This document shows, piece after piece, positions 1 to 8,677 of a stretch of DNA of 37,323 bases. Location: NCBI GenBank assembly GCA_007128625.1, contig SKXC01000009.1, forward strand, positions 1 to 37,323, in the 5' to 3' direction. This DNA is from Syntrophomonadaceae bacterium. GTDB lineage: Bacteria; Bacillota; Dethiobacteria; DTU022. Below the pieces are notes generated by a model, which did not search any database, was not told where the DNA came from, and worked only from the letters and a program-made list of their open reading frames with translations. Each line of letters starts with the position of its first letter. Within the stretch, counting starts at the first letter, position 1. The position numbers were made by a program, and so were the translations under genes.

Positions 1-3000
1 ATGAACTATAAGGCACCACGGGGAACACGCGATATATTACCTGATGAAGCAAAAAGATGGAGATATCTTGAATCAAACTTCCAAAGGTATTGCGATCTCT
101 ACGGTTTTGGCGAAATTCGCACCCCTGTATTTGAGCAAACGGAGCTTTTTGCCCGCAGCGTCGGAGAAGATAGCGATATAGTATCCAAGGAGATGTATTC
201 GTTTAAGGATCGCAGCGGGCGTGAACTGACCCTGCGTCCCGAACTGACCGCTGCCGTGGCCCGGGCTTATCTTGAACATAATCTCGGTGAAAAACCCCAG
301 CCAATTAAACTGTATTACAGTGGTCCCATGTTTCGTTACGATCGGCCCCAGGCCGGACGCTATCGTCAATTTCATCAGTTTGGCCTTGAAACCTTTGGTG
401 CAGACCATGCTGCGGCCGATGTTGAAATAATCACTTTTTGCTATAATTTCTTTAAATCACTGCAGATCGAAAGCTTATCAATAGAGTTAAACAGTGTTGG
501 TTGTCCGGTTTGCCGTCCCGGTTTCCGTGAAAAACTGTTGCCCTTTTTGGAAAAACTGGAACAAGGACTGTGTGAAGATTGCCAGAGGCGTTATAAGAGC
601 AATCCGATGCGGGTTCTCGACTGTAAAGAAGAAAGCTGCCAGGTTCAGGTTGCCGGTGCGCCTCGGATGATCGATCATTTATGCGCCGGTTGTGAAGAAA
701 GCTTTACCAGGCTTAAAGAACTGCTTACCAGCCTGCAGGTGCCTTATAACCTGAATACTAACCTTGTTCGCGGTCTGGACTATTATACCCGCACAGCATT
801 TGAAATTACGGCCGGTGCTTCGGGAGCACAGGCTTCATTATGCGGAGGGGGACGTTATGATCACCTGGTTGAACACATTGGCGGTCCTCATGTGCCCGGT
901 GTTGGAGTGGCCTTTGGGGTGGAAAGAATTATGCTGGCCATGGATTGGAGCAAGGCGCTGCCTGAAGTACAGCCTCCTGTTTTTATTGCTACTGCCGGCA
1001 GTGGATTGGAAGAAGAAGCCCTGGTTTTGGCTGATCATTTAAGAAAAAACCAGGTGGCTGCTGAAATAGATTTGCTGCAAAGAAGCCTTAAAGCCCAGAT
1101 GAAATACACCGGCCGGCAGGGTTTCAAGCTGGTTGTAATTATTGGCGAAGATGAAATCAAGAAGGACATTATAACCCTGCGCAACATGGAAAACGGTGAG
1201 CAAAAAGAAATGTCCCGAGAAGTTCTAATAAAAGAACTGGCCGGTTGTAACAGTGAATCAGTGAAATTAATTAATAGCGGCAGTCCGGAAGCTAAAGCAG
1301 AAGTATTGTTACCCAATGGAATAGATTTCACCCAAAAGACCCACTACTGTGGTGCAGTTACATCTGAACAGGTAAATCAAAACATAAAGCTTACCGGCTG
1401 GGTGGGCAAGCGCCGTGATCATGGAGGGTTGATTTTTATCGATTTACGTGATCGCAGCGGTTTAATACAGCTGGTTTTTGATCAGCGGCAGGGGATTGAA
1501 CTATTTAACCTGGCCGAGAGTTTGCGCAGTGAATATGTTGTGGCTGTTGAAGGAGAGGTCCTGAGGCGATCCGAAGAAACCATAAACCGTTCCCTGCCGA
1601 CCGGTGAGGTTGAAGTACAGGTCAGCAAAATGAAAATATTAAACACTTCTAAAACCCCTCCTTTCTATATTGAAGATAACATCAACGTTGATGAAAATTT
1701 GCGTTTACGCTACCGCTATCTTGATTTAAGACGCCCGGAAATGCTCAAGCGCCTCCAGGTGCGCCACCGGGCAGTAAAGCTGCTCCGTGATTACATGGAC
1801 CGTTTTGACTTTCTGGAGGTTGAAACTCCGATGCTGACCCGCAGCACGCCGGAAGGAGCCAGGGATTTTCTGGTGCCCAGCCGCATGCACAGCGGTTCAT
1901 TTTATGCCCTTCCCCAGTCTCCTCAGATTTTCAAACAGCTGCTTATGGTCAGCGGACTTGAGCGCTATTTTCAAATTGCCCGCTGTTTTCGCGATGAAGA
2001 TCTGAGAGCTGACCGGCAACCGGAATTTACCCAGGTTGATATTGAAACTTCATTTTTCTGCACAGATGATCTTTTTGCTCTTACCGAGGGTCTGATTGCT
2101 GAGCTTTGGAAAGAGTTCTTTGGTGTTGAAATTAATAAGCCTTTTATTAGAATCCCCTACAGGGATGTTATGAACCGGTTTGGGACAGACAAGCCTGATT
2201 TACGCTACGGCCTTGAACTGGTTGATCTTAATGATTTAGCTCAAAAAAGCGAATTTAAGGTATTTAAGACTGCGCTGGAAGGCGGCGGGACAGTAAAAGG
2301 CTTGCGGGTACCCGGTGGAAAAAGCCTGAGCCGCAAAGATCTGGATGATCTTACTTTGCGGGCCCGTCAGCTGGGAGCAAAGGGCCTGGCCTGGACATTT
2401 GTTGAAGAAGACGGATGGCGCTCACCGATTAGCAAATTTTTCGATCAGTCACTGATTGAAGCTATCAACAGCAGAATGGAAGCTGAATCCGGAGATGTTT
2501 TGCTTTTTGTGGCTGACAGCTGGGAGACAACCTGCCAGGTTCTGGGCAGTTTACGCAGTTATTTTGCCCCTCAGGGGCTTTCTATAAAACCTCATTTCCT
2601 CTGGGTGGTTGATTTTCCATTATTTTACTTTAACAGGGAAGAACAGCGTTATGATTCAAATCATCACCCCTTCACAGCACCCAGGGTTGAAGATATGAAT
2701 CTGCTGGAAAGCGATCCGCTTGCTGTGAGATCCCAGGCTTACGATCTGGTTCTTAACGGCGTGGAAATTGGTGGTGGAAGCATGCGTATTCACGACAGTG
2801 CCACCCAGGCCAGGATATTTCAGAAGCTCGGGTTATCGGAAGAAGAAAGCAATGAAAAATTTGGGTTTTTACTTGAAGCCCTTTCCTACGGAACTCCGCC
2901 GCATGGTGGGATTGCTCTTGGTCTCGATCGCCTGGTGGCCTTGTTAACCGGGGATGAATCGATCAGGCAGGTTATTCCCTTTCCCAAAACAGCAACGGCA

Positions 3001-3093
3001 AACTGCCTGATGACCGGTGCGCCTTCTGCTGTATCCACAAAGCAGTTGGATGAATTAAAAATCAAGTTGCAGACGGACAATGATAAAGAATAG
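1..3093 (+). CDS. hisS-aspS: Fused histidine--tRNA ligase / aspartate--tRNA ligase (HisS aa ~1-415, linker, AspS aa ~446-1030)
   Basis: HisRS motifs APRGTRD, TLRPELTA, FRYDRPQAGRYRQFHQ, LVRGLDYY, GGGRYD plus anticodon domain; then AspRS motifs THYCG, RRDHGGLIFIDLRD, RLRYRYLDLRR, STPEGARDFLVPSR, CFRDEDLRADRQPEFTQ, PPHGGIALGLDR in a single open frame. Confidence 0.95.
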   Translation: MNYKAPRGTRDILPDEAKRWRYLESNFQRYCDLYGFGEIRTPVFEQTELFARSVGEDSDIVSKEMYSFKDRSGRELTLRPELTAAVARAYLEHNLGEKPQPIKLYYSGPMFRYDRPQAGRYRQFHQFGLETFGADHAAADVEIITFCYNFFKSLQIESLSIELNSVGCPVCRPGFREKLLPFLEKLEQGLCEDCQRRYKSNPMRVLDCKEESCQVQVAGAPRMIDHLCAGCEESFTRLKELLTSLQVPYNLNTNLVRGLDYYTRTAFEITAGASGAQASLCGGGRYDHLVEHIGGPHVPGVGVAFGVERIMLAMDWSKALPEVQPPVFIATAGSGLEEEALVLADHLRKNQVAAEIDLLQRSLKAQMKYTGRQGFKLVVIIGEDEIKKDIITLRNMENGEQKEMSREVLIKELAGCNSESVKLINSGSPEAKAEVLLPNGIDFTQKTHYCGAVTSEQVNQNIKLTGWVGKRRDHGGLIFIDLRDRSGLIQLVFDQRQGIELFNLAESLRSEYVVAVEGEVLRRSEETINRSLPTGEVEVQVSKMKILNTSKTPPFYIEDNINVDENLRLRYRYLDLRRPEMLKRLQVRHRAVKLLRDYMDRFDFLEVETPMLTRSTPEGARDFLVPSRMHSGSFYALPQSPQIFKQLLMVSGLERYFQIARCFRDEDLRADRQPEFTQVDIETSFFCTDDLFALTEGLIAELWKEFFGVEINKPFIRIPYRDVMNRFGTDKPDLRYGLELVDLNDLAQKSEFKVFKTALEGGGTVKGLRVPGGKSLSRKDLDDLTLRARQLGAKGLAWTFVEEDGWRSPISKFFDQSLIEAINSRMEAESGDVLLFVADSWETTCQVLGSLRSYFAPQGLSIKPHFLWVVDFPLFYFNREEQRYDSNHHPFTAPRVEDMNLLESDPLAVRSQAYDLVLNGVEIGGGSMRIHDSATQARIFQKLGLSEEESNEKFGFLLEALSYGTPPHGGIALGLDRLVALLTGDESIRQVIPFPKTATANCLMTGAPSAVSTKQLDELKIKLQTDNDKE

Positions 3094-3124
3094 GCCGTTT
3101 TTGTGCCTGTTAAACAGGTATTCC

Positions 3125-3153
3125 TTGCAACCGGGGCTGTTTTGTGCTATGAT
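3125..3153 (+). promoter_or_regulatory. Sigma-A-type promoter for 6S RNA
   Basis: TTGCAA (3125-3130), 17 bp spacer, TATGAT (3148-3153) with extended -10 TG. Confidence 0.65.
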
Positions 3154-3186
3154 TTTTATGGAAATAGTAAGTCAATTATGGGCATG

Positions 3187-3360
3187 ACCCTGCTGTGTTC
3201 GTGACAGCCGATTAAGTTTTGAGCCAACATTTTATGAACGGGAGCCCGGGCTTCAGCTGCGGCGCAGCAGCCTTTGAAAAGAGGACCTGCAAAACAGCTG
3301 AGAGGGCACCCACCTTTTGGGGGAACAGTTCAAAACGTACGGTCCACGGCATGGCGGGGT
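3187..3360 (+). ncRNA. ssrS: 6S RNA
   Basis: ~175 nt; 5' end CCCTGCTGTGTTCGTG pairs with 3' CACGGCATGGCGGGG; internal GGGAGCCCG and GAGGGCACCCACC motifs typical of Firmicutes 6S; lies downstream of aspS as is usual; followed by a T-tract. Confidence 0.88.
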
Positions 3361-3379
3361 TTTTTTATGTTTTTTTGCA

Positions 3380-3388
3380 TGCTATAAT
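3380..3388 (+). promoter_or_regulatory. Extended -10 element upstream of mgtE
   Basis: TGCTATAAT about 50 nt before the probable mgtE start. Confidence 0.5.
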
Positions 3389-3438
3389 AAAGCTTGTTTG
3401 ACTGTTTATCAGGTTTATGTGGAGAGGAGGTGAAGGTA

Positions 3439-4761
3439 TTGACCGTTGAAAATATTCGTTTTTTGATAAGCCGGGAATTGAAAGCGGGAACTCATCCGGG
3501 AGATCTCCTTGAGCAGCTTGAAGATTTGGAAATGGATCAAAAAGTTGAGTTGATTCAGCAGCTATCCGATCAAGAAGCAGCTCTTTTATTTCAGGAAATG
3601 GAAGATTTTGAACAGGCTGAAATTATCAGGGGTCTTGACCGGGAACGGGCAATGACAATTCTGACCGATATGGCTTCAGATGATGCTGCTGATTTGATCG
3701 GTAAGCTTTCACCGGAAGAAACACAGGAAATGCTGCAGTTAATTGATGAAGAAGAGCCTGCAGACTTTGGAAATTTACTGAAATATCCGGAAGAAAGCGC
3801 CGGGGGGATCATGACTACCGAGTTTATCTCCCTTCCGGCGGATATTCCGGTTGAAGAGGCTATTGACCGCCTGCGGGAAATAGCTCCTGAAGCGGAGACG
3901 ATCTACTATGTATATGTAGTTGATCAGGATGGCCATTTGATCGGCGTGCTTTCACTCCGCGACCTGATTGCTTCCACAGACGGGACTATCCTAAAAACGA
4001 TCATGCGGCGCAATGTGATCAGCGTGAATGCCGGTCTCGACCAGGAAGAGGTGGCCCGTATTGTCTCAAAGTACGACTTGCTGGCCGTTCCGGTTGTTGA
4101 TGATCAAGAGCGTTTGCTGGGTATTATTACTGTTGATGATGTTATTGATGTCATGGAACAGGAGGCCACCGAGGATATTTACCGCCTGGCCGGAGCCGGT
4201 GAAGTGGTCGATATGGAGTTGACTGAAGCGCCCGTAAGTAAAGTAGTCCGCCTTCGTCTTCCCTGGTTAATGATCAGTATGGTCGGCGGCTTCATCTCCG
4301 GAAGCGTTATTGGTGGTTATGAAAGCACTCTTGAAGCGATCGTAATTCTTGCCGTTTTTATTCCTGTTATCATGGATATGGGCGGTAATGTAGGCACTCA
4401 ATCATCAACCATTTTTGTTCGCGGCATTGCGACCGGAGAAATTGACGAGGCTGAAGTATGGCCTTATTTTTTCCGTGAAATTCGTATCGGTATAACCCTT
4501 GGCTTGATTTGCGGGGCGATAATATCGATAGCTGCCTATTTTTGGCAGGGCAATCCTTACCTTGGCCTGGTAGTAGGCATTTCTATGCTGGCCACAATTA
4601 GTGTGGCGGCTTTAATCGGCACACTTGTCCCCCTGCTCTGCAGTAAAATTAATATTGATCCGGCAATAACTGCCGGGCCTTTTGTAACCACGATAAAAGA
4701 TGTTACCGGCTTGATGATATACTTTGTTATTGCCACTGCCTTTCTCCAGTACCTCCGCTGA
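3439..4761 (+). CDS. mgtE: Magnesium transporter MgtE
   Basis: MgtE N-domain, YPEESAGGIMTTEF, tandem CBS domains, RLPWL, MGGNVGTQS, DPAITAGPFVTTIKD; start placed at TTG 3439 behind GGAGGTG (ORF track start 3394). Confidence 0.95.
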   Translation: MTVENIRFLISRELKAGTHPGDLLEQLEDLEMDQKVELIQQLSDQEAALLFQEMEDFEQAEIIRGLDRERAMTILTDMASDDAADLIGKLSPEETQEMLQLIDEEEPADFGNLLKYPEESAGGIMTTEFISLPADIPVEEAIDRLREIAPEAETIYYVYVVDQDGHLIGVLSLRDLIASTDGTILKTIMRRNVISVNAGLDQEEVARIVSKYDLLAVPVVDDQERLLGIITVDDVIDVMEQEATEDIYRLAGAGEVVDMELTEAPVSKVVRLRLPWLMISMVGGFISGSVIGGYESTLEAIVILAVFIPVIMDMGGNVGTQSSTIFVRGIATGEIDEAEVWPYFFREIRIGITLGLICGAIISIAAYFWQGNPYLGLVVGISMLATISVAALIGTLVPLLCSKINIDPAITAGPFVTTIKDVTGLMIYFVIATAFLQYLR

Positions 4762-4977
4762 TTATTCAGATGCAGGCCAGTTCTCCTTAACTCTAAAGTA
4801 AGACTGATTAATTATTTTCCCCTTCGAATCCTAAACTACCCTGGATCACATATTTGTTCTTGCATACATATGATCGCCAACCCTGTTTGTTATATAAAAA
4901 AGTCATTTTGCAGGTAATGACCGCAGGGCAGCAAAGTGTGGGCAATTAGATGACATATTTTATTATATATGTAATAT

Positions 4978-5013
4978 AAAGGAGGGAGAATATAGGCAAT
5001 TTCCTCTTTTTTT
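4978..5013 (+). terminator. Possible intrinsic terminator upstream of the dcw cluster
   Basis: GGAGGGAG pairs with TTTCCTCT (including G-U pairs), followed by a T-run. Confidence 0.4.
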
Positions 5014-5054
5014 AATTTTTTTTTAAATTTTAAGCGTTTTTATGTAAAAAGGGG

Positions 5055-5097
5055 TTGCAAAATAGAGTAAAGTGGTGTAATGTGGTGAAAAGTGGTA
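5055..5097 (+). promoter_or_regulatory. mraZ/dcw promoter with three MraZ-binding repeats
   Basis: TTGCAA -35 (5055-5060); GTGGTG/GTGGTG/GTGGTA at 5072, 5082 and 5092 with 10-bp period, matching known Firmicutes MraZ boxes. Confidence 0.8.
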
Positions 5098-5124
5098 GCA
5101 GTATCCCTAAATGGAGGCGAACAG

Positions 5125-5556
5125 GTGTTTACAGGAGAATTCCATCATGCGCTTGACGGAAAGGGAAGGGTGATAGTTCCCTCCCGCCTGCGGGAAGGTT
5201 TGGGTGATAGCTTTGTGATTACCCGCGGACTCGATCATTGTCTTTTTGCCTATCCCAACTCTGAATGGGTTCGCCTGGAACAAAAAATGAAACAGCTGCC
5301 CATTACCAGGAAGGATTCAAGAGCTTTTATGCGCCTGTTTTTTTCCGGAGCGATAGAAGTAGAAGCTGATAAACAGGGCCGGGTGCTTATACCCCAGAAT
5401 TTACGAGAGTATGCAGGGATTGATAAAGATATTATCTTTATTGGTGTTTCAAGCCGGGTGGAAATATGGAGCAAGTTGGCCTGGAAAGAGTATTTCGGTG
5501 AAGCAGATAGCAATTATGAAGAGCTTGCTGAAAAATTGGGTGACTTTGATTTGTAA
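5125..5556 (+). CDS. mraZ: Transcriptional repressor MraZ
   Basis: [14 protein letters not shown] and DKQGRVLIP duplicated motifs; GTG start 5125 after GGAGG. Confidence 0.97.
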   Translation: MFTGEFHHALDGKGRVIVPSRLREGLGDSFVITRGLDHCLFAYPNSEWVRLEQKMKQLPITRKDSRAFMRLFFSGAIEVEADKQGRVLIPQNLREYAGIDKDIIFIGVSSRVEIWSKLAWKEYFGEADSNYEELAEKLGDFDL

Positions 5557-5570
5557 AAGTGGTGTTTTAA

Positions 5571-6518
5571 TTGGTCGAACTGCATCTGCCGGTGATGGAA
5601 AAAGAAGTCCTTGCTTTTTTGAACTGCCGGGATGATGGGGTATATGTCGATGCAACAGTAGGAGATGGCGGACATGCAGAAGCAATTTGCCGCAGCCTGG
5701 TTGCCGGAGGAAAGCTGATCGGGATAGATTGGGATGAAGCTGCCCTGGAAAGAGCGGAAAAAAGGCTTTCAGCTTTTTCCGGGAAGGTAAACCTTGTTCA
5801 TGCCGACTATACTCGCCTGGCAGAAATTCTTAAAGATATGGGCTTGCCCCTGGTCGATGGCATCTTGATTGATTTAGGAGCATCAACCCTGCAGTTGATG
5901 GACAGGGAAAGAGGTTTTTCTTTACACCGGGGCGGTGATCTGGATATGCGGATGGATCGAAGACAGTCTCTTACAGCCAGTGATATTGTTAACAATTACA
6001 CTGCTGACCAGTTAGCTGATATTTTCTTTCGCTACGGTGAAGAACGCTTCTCTAGACGTATAGCGGCCAGGATAGCGCTGGAAAAAGAGAAAAGTGGGCC
6101 GATTAATAATAGTTTCCGTTTGGCTGAAATAGTCAAGGAGGCAATTCCGGCCCGTTATCGAAGACGGGGTGGCCATCCTTCCCGGAAAGTATTCCAGGCT
6201 TTGCGTCTGGCGGTAAACAGGGAGCTTGATAATATTTGTAAAGTTTTGCCCCGGGCGGTAAACTGCCTTGTCCCGGGGGGAAGGTTGGTTGTAATTGCTT
6301 ATCATTCTTTAGAGGACCGAATTGTAAAAAATTTCATGCGAGAATGGGCCAGAAAGTGTAATTGCCCGCCGGGGAAACCCTGTGTCTGTAAAGGAGAAGC
6401 TGAAATAACCATACTAAGTGCTAAAGCAGTCAGACCCGGTGAAGATGAAGTGAATAGGAATCCCCGTTCGCGTAGTGCACGTTTGAGAGCAGCAGAGCGC
6501 CTGAAGAGTACAGGTTAG
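5571..6518 (+). CDS. rsmH: 16S rRNA m4C1402 methyltransferase RsmH
   Basis: HLPVM, YVDATVGDGGHA, LDMRMD, YGEERFSRRIA, FQALRLAVN, YHSLEDRIVK, NPRSRSARLR. Confidence 0.97.
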   Translation: MVELHLPVMEKEVLAFLNCRDDGVYVDATVGDGGHAEAICRSLVAGGKLIGIDWDEAALERAEKRLSAFSGKVNLVHADYTRLAEILKDMGLPLVDGILIDLGASTLQLMDRERGFSLHRGGDLDMRMDRRQSLTASDIVNNYTADQLADIFFRYGEERFSRRIAARIALEKEKSGPINNSFRLAEIVKEAIPARYRRRGGHPSRKVFQALRLAVNRELDNICKVLPRAVNCLVPGGRLVVIAYHSLEDRIVKNFMREWARKCNCPPGKPCVCKGEAEITILSAKAVRPGEDEVNRNPRSRSARLRAAERLKSTG

Positions 6519-6534
6519 AAAGTAGGTGAGTAAG

Positions 6535-6906
6535 ATGCAGCAGGCAAGAATACTATCTACAGCTAAACGACCGATTCCGTCGGTTCAACCGGGTAAAAAC
6601 CCGGTTGCAGGGCCGCAACCCGGGCATCGTCTAAAAAAAGCAAAACTAGTTATGATTTTATTGACCTGTTTCATGCTCAGCCTGGTCGTGGTAGCCCAGT
6701 ATTCATCCTTAGTTGTTCTCAACTACAGGCTTAGCAGTGCCCGTAATGAACTGTTGGCGGCTAACGAAATTACCCGCACCCTGGAACTCGAAGCTGCCAA
6801 ACTCGGTTCGATTGGTCGGGTTGAGCAAATTGCCAGGGAAGAACTGGGCATGGTTGAACCTGACACTGAACAGCTGGTTGTTATAAAAACTTCCCGGGGA
6901 GAATAG
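6535..6906 (+). CDS. ftsL: Cell division protein FtsL
   Basis: Single TM helix, coiled coil, RVEQIAREELGM; position between rsmH and the PBP gene; ATG 6535 after AGGTGA. Confidence 0.85.
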   Translation: MQQARILSTAKRPIPSVQPGKNPVAGPQPGHRLKKAKLVMILLTCFMLSLVVVAQYSSLVVLNYRLSSARNELLAANEITRTLELEAAKLGSIGRVEQIAREELGMVEPDTEQLVVIKTSRGE

Positions 6907-6928
6907 TGCGGCAGGGAGAGTGAACTAA

Positions 6929-8662
6929 ATGGCTGGCTTTACCGTAAACCGGGCAACTGTAAGGCGAAGATTATTGGCAGCCTTTATTATTACAGCGCTG
7001 CTTACTCTCCTTTTGGTTGGCCGGCTGGCCTTGATTCAAATTGTATGGGCTGATCAGCTTTACGAACAAGCCTGGAAACAATGGAATCGCAATGTTCCGA
7101 TTTATACAGCCCGGGGTTCAATTTATGATTGTCATGGCCGTTTGCTGGCAGGTACCAGCTCGGTCGATACAATTGCTGCCGTCCCTCCGCATGTAAAAGA
7201 TCCCCAGACAGCAGCCGAAGCCCTGGCACCGGTTCTGGATATGGAATCAGAGAGGATCAAGGAGCTAATTACCATGGAGCGCAGCTCAATATTTATCAAG
7301 CGAAAAGTAGATTCGGAAACAGCGGAGGCAGTGCGTGAGATGAACATACCGGGTATAATATTTTTCACTGAAGAGAAAAGAGATTATCCGGGTGATAATA
7401 TTGCACCCCAGCTGCTGGGTTTTGTCGGAATGGATGAGGGACTGGCGGGCCTGGAATATTATTATGAGGATTATTTAAAAGGTGGAGAAAGCAGGTTGTA
7501 TTATCCTGCTGATGGGCGAGGGCGGCAGCTTCCCCACTATTTTAACCGTTTTGTTCCACCCAGGCAGAACTATGATTTATTTTTAAGCATTGATGAAACA
7601 ATTCAATACATTGTGCAGAAAGAATTAGCAGTCATTATGGAAGAAACAGCCCCAAAACAGGCCATGGCTTTGGTGGTAGATCCACAAACAGGAGCAGTAC
7701 TGGCGGCAGCGGGCAAACCGGATTATAAGCCGAAAGCTTTTGAAAGATATGATCCCGAAAGCTGGACCCTGGCTCCGTTCAACTCTTCATTTGAACCCGG
7801 CTCGACTTTTAAGCTGGTTACCCTGGCCGCAGCTCTCGAAGAAAACTTGATTGATCTGAATGAAACACATCATTGCACTGGCAATGTTGTTGTTAATGAC
7901 CACCGGATTAATTGCTGGACCACTGGTCGGGGGGGGCATGGAGAAATTAGTTTTTCTGATGCCCTGGCAGGCTCATGTAACCCTACATTTATTGAGATGG
8001 GCAGGCGGCTGGGCGAAGAAAAATTATTACATTATATAGAAGGGTTTGGATTTGGCCGGGCCACCGGTATAGATTATCCCGGGGAAAGCAGAGGTATGAT
8101 TTTTAATCCCGGGCAAATGGGACCGCTGGAACTGGCAACAACCACTTTTGGCCAGGGTATAACCGTTACCCCGATCCAGCAGGTGATGGCGGTAACCGCC
8201 ATGATCAATGGTGGATACCTGCTTAAGCCTTACCTGGTAAAAGAGATTCGCGATCAAAACGGCGATGTTTATTTTAAGCATGAGCCGGAAATTATCAGGC
8301 AGGTAATTTCAGAAAATACATCCGTTCAGTTGATGGAACTGATGGAAACTGTGATTACGGAAGGCACCGCAAAAGCTGCTGCCAGCGATATTTATCGCCT
8401 GGCAGGGAAAACGGGTATGGCGCAAATACTTGGTTCGGACGGAGAGTATAAGTCCGGTCAATATATACATTCCCTGGTTGGGTTTGCCCCGGTTGAAAAT
8501 CCGCGGGTGGTTCTTTACGTAGCAGTGGATAGCATCACAAGAGGGCCGCAGTCTGGTTCGTATACGAGCGCGCCCCTTTTTAAAAGGATTATGGAGGACA
8601 TATTAAATTATTTACAGGTTACTCCATCAAGTAGATTAGAGTCTGAACTGGAAACCGGTTAG
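6929..8662 (+). CDS. Class B penicillin-binding protein (SpoVD/FtsI-like), no PASTA domain
   Basis: N-terminal TM, RGSIYD, KRDYP, STFK (SxxK), SCN (SxN), KTG motifs. Confidence 0.93.
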   Translation: MAGFTVNRATVRRRLLAAFIITALLTLLLVGRLALIQIVWADQLYEQAWKQWNRNVPIYTARGSIYDCHGRLLAGTSSVDTIAAVPPHVKDPQTAAEALAPVLDMESERIKELITMERSSIFIKRKVDSETAEAVREMNIPGIIFFTEEKRDYPGDNIAPQLLGFVGMDEGLAGLEYYYEDYLKGGESRLYYPADGRGRQLPHYFNRFVPPRQNYDLFLSIDETIQYIVQKELAVIMEETAPKQAMALVVDPQTGAVLAAAGKPDYKPKAFERYDPESWTLAPFNSSFEPGSTFKLVTLAAALEENLIDLNETHHCTGNVVVNDHRINCWTTGRGGHGEISFSDALAGSCNPTFIEMGRRLGEEKLLHYIEGFGFGRATGIDYPGESRGMIFNPGQMGPLELATTTFGQGITVTPIQQVMAVTAMINGGYLLKPYLVKEIRDQNGDVYFKHEPEIIRQVISENTSVQLMELMETVITEGTAKAAASDIYRLAGKTGMAQILGSDGEYKSGQYIHSLVGFAPVENPRVVLYVAVDSITRGPQSGSYTSAPLFKRIMEDILNYLQVTPSSRLESELETG

Positions 8663-8677
8663 AGGGAGCAGAAGCTC

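Noticed and set aside
3219-3401. 60-aa ORF between aspS and mgtE
   Set aside because: Overlaps the 6S RNA and its T-tract; no RBS or protein features
3361-3438. M-box (ykoK) riboswitch before mgtE
   Set aside because: Leader too short and no M-box features; the upstream structured RNA fits 6S
6350-6392. Cys cluster CNCPPGKPCVC in RsmH
   Set aside because: Common insertion in clostridial RsmH, not novel
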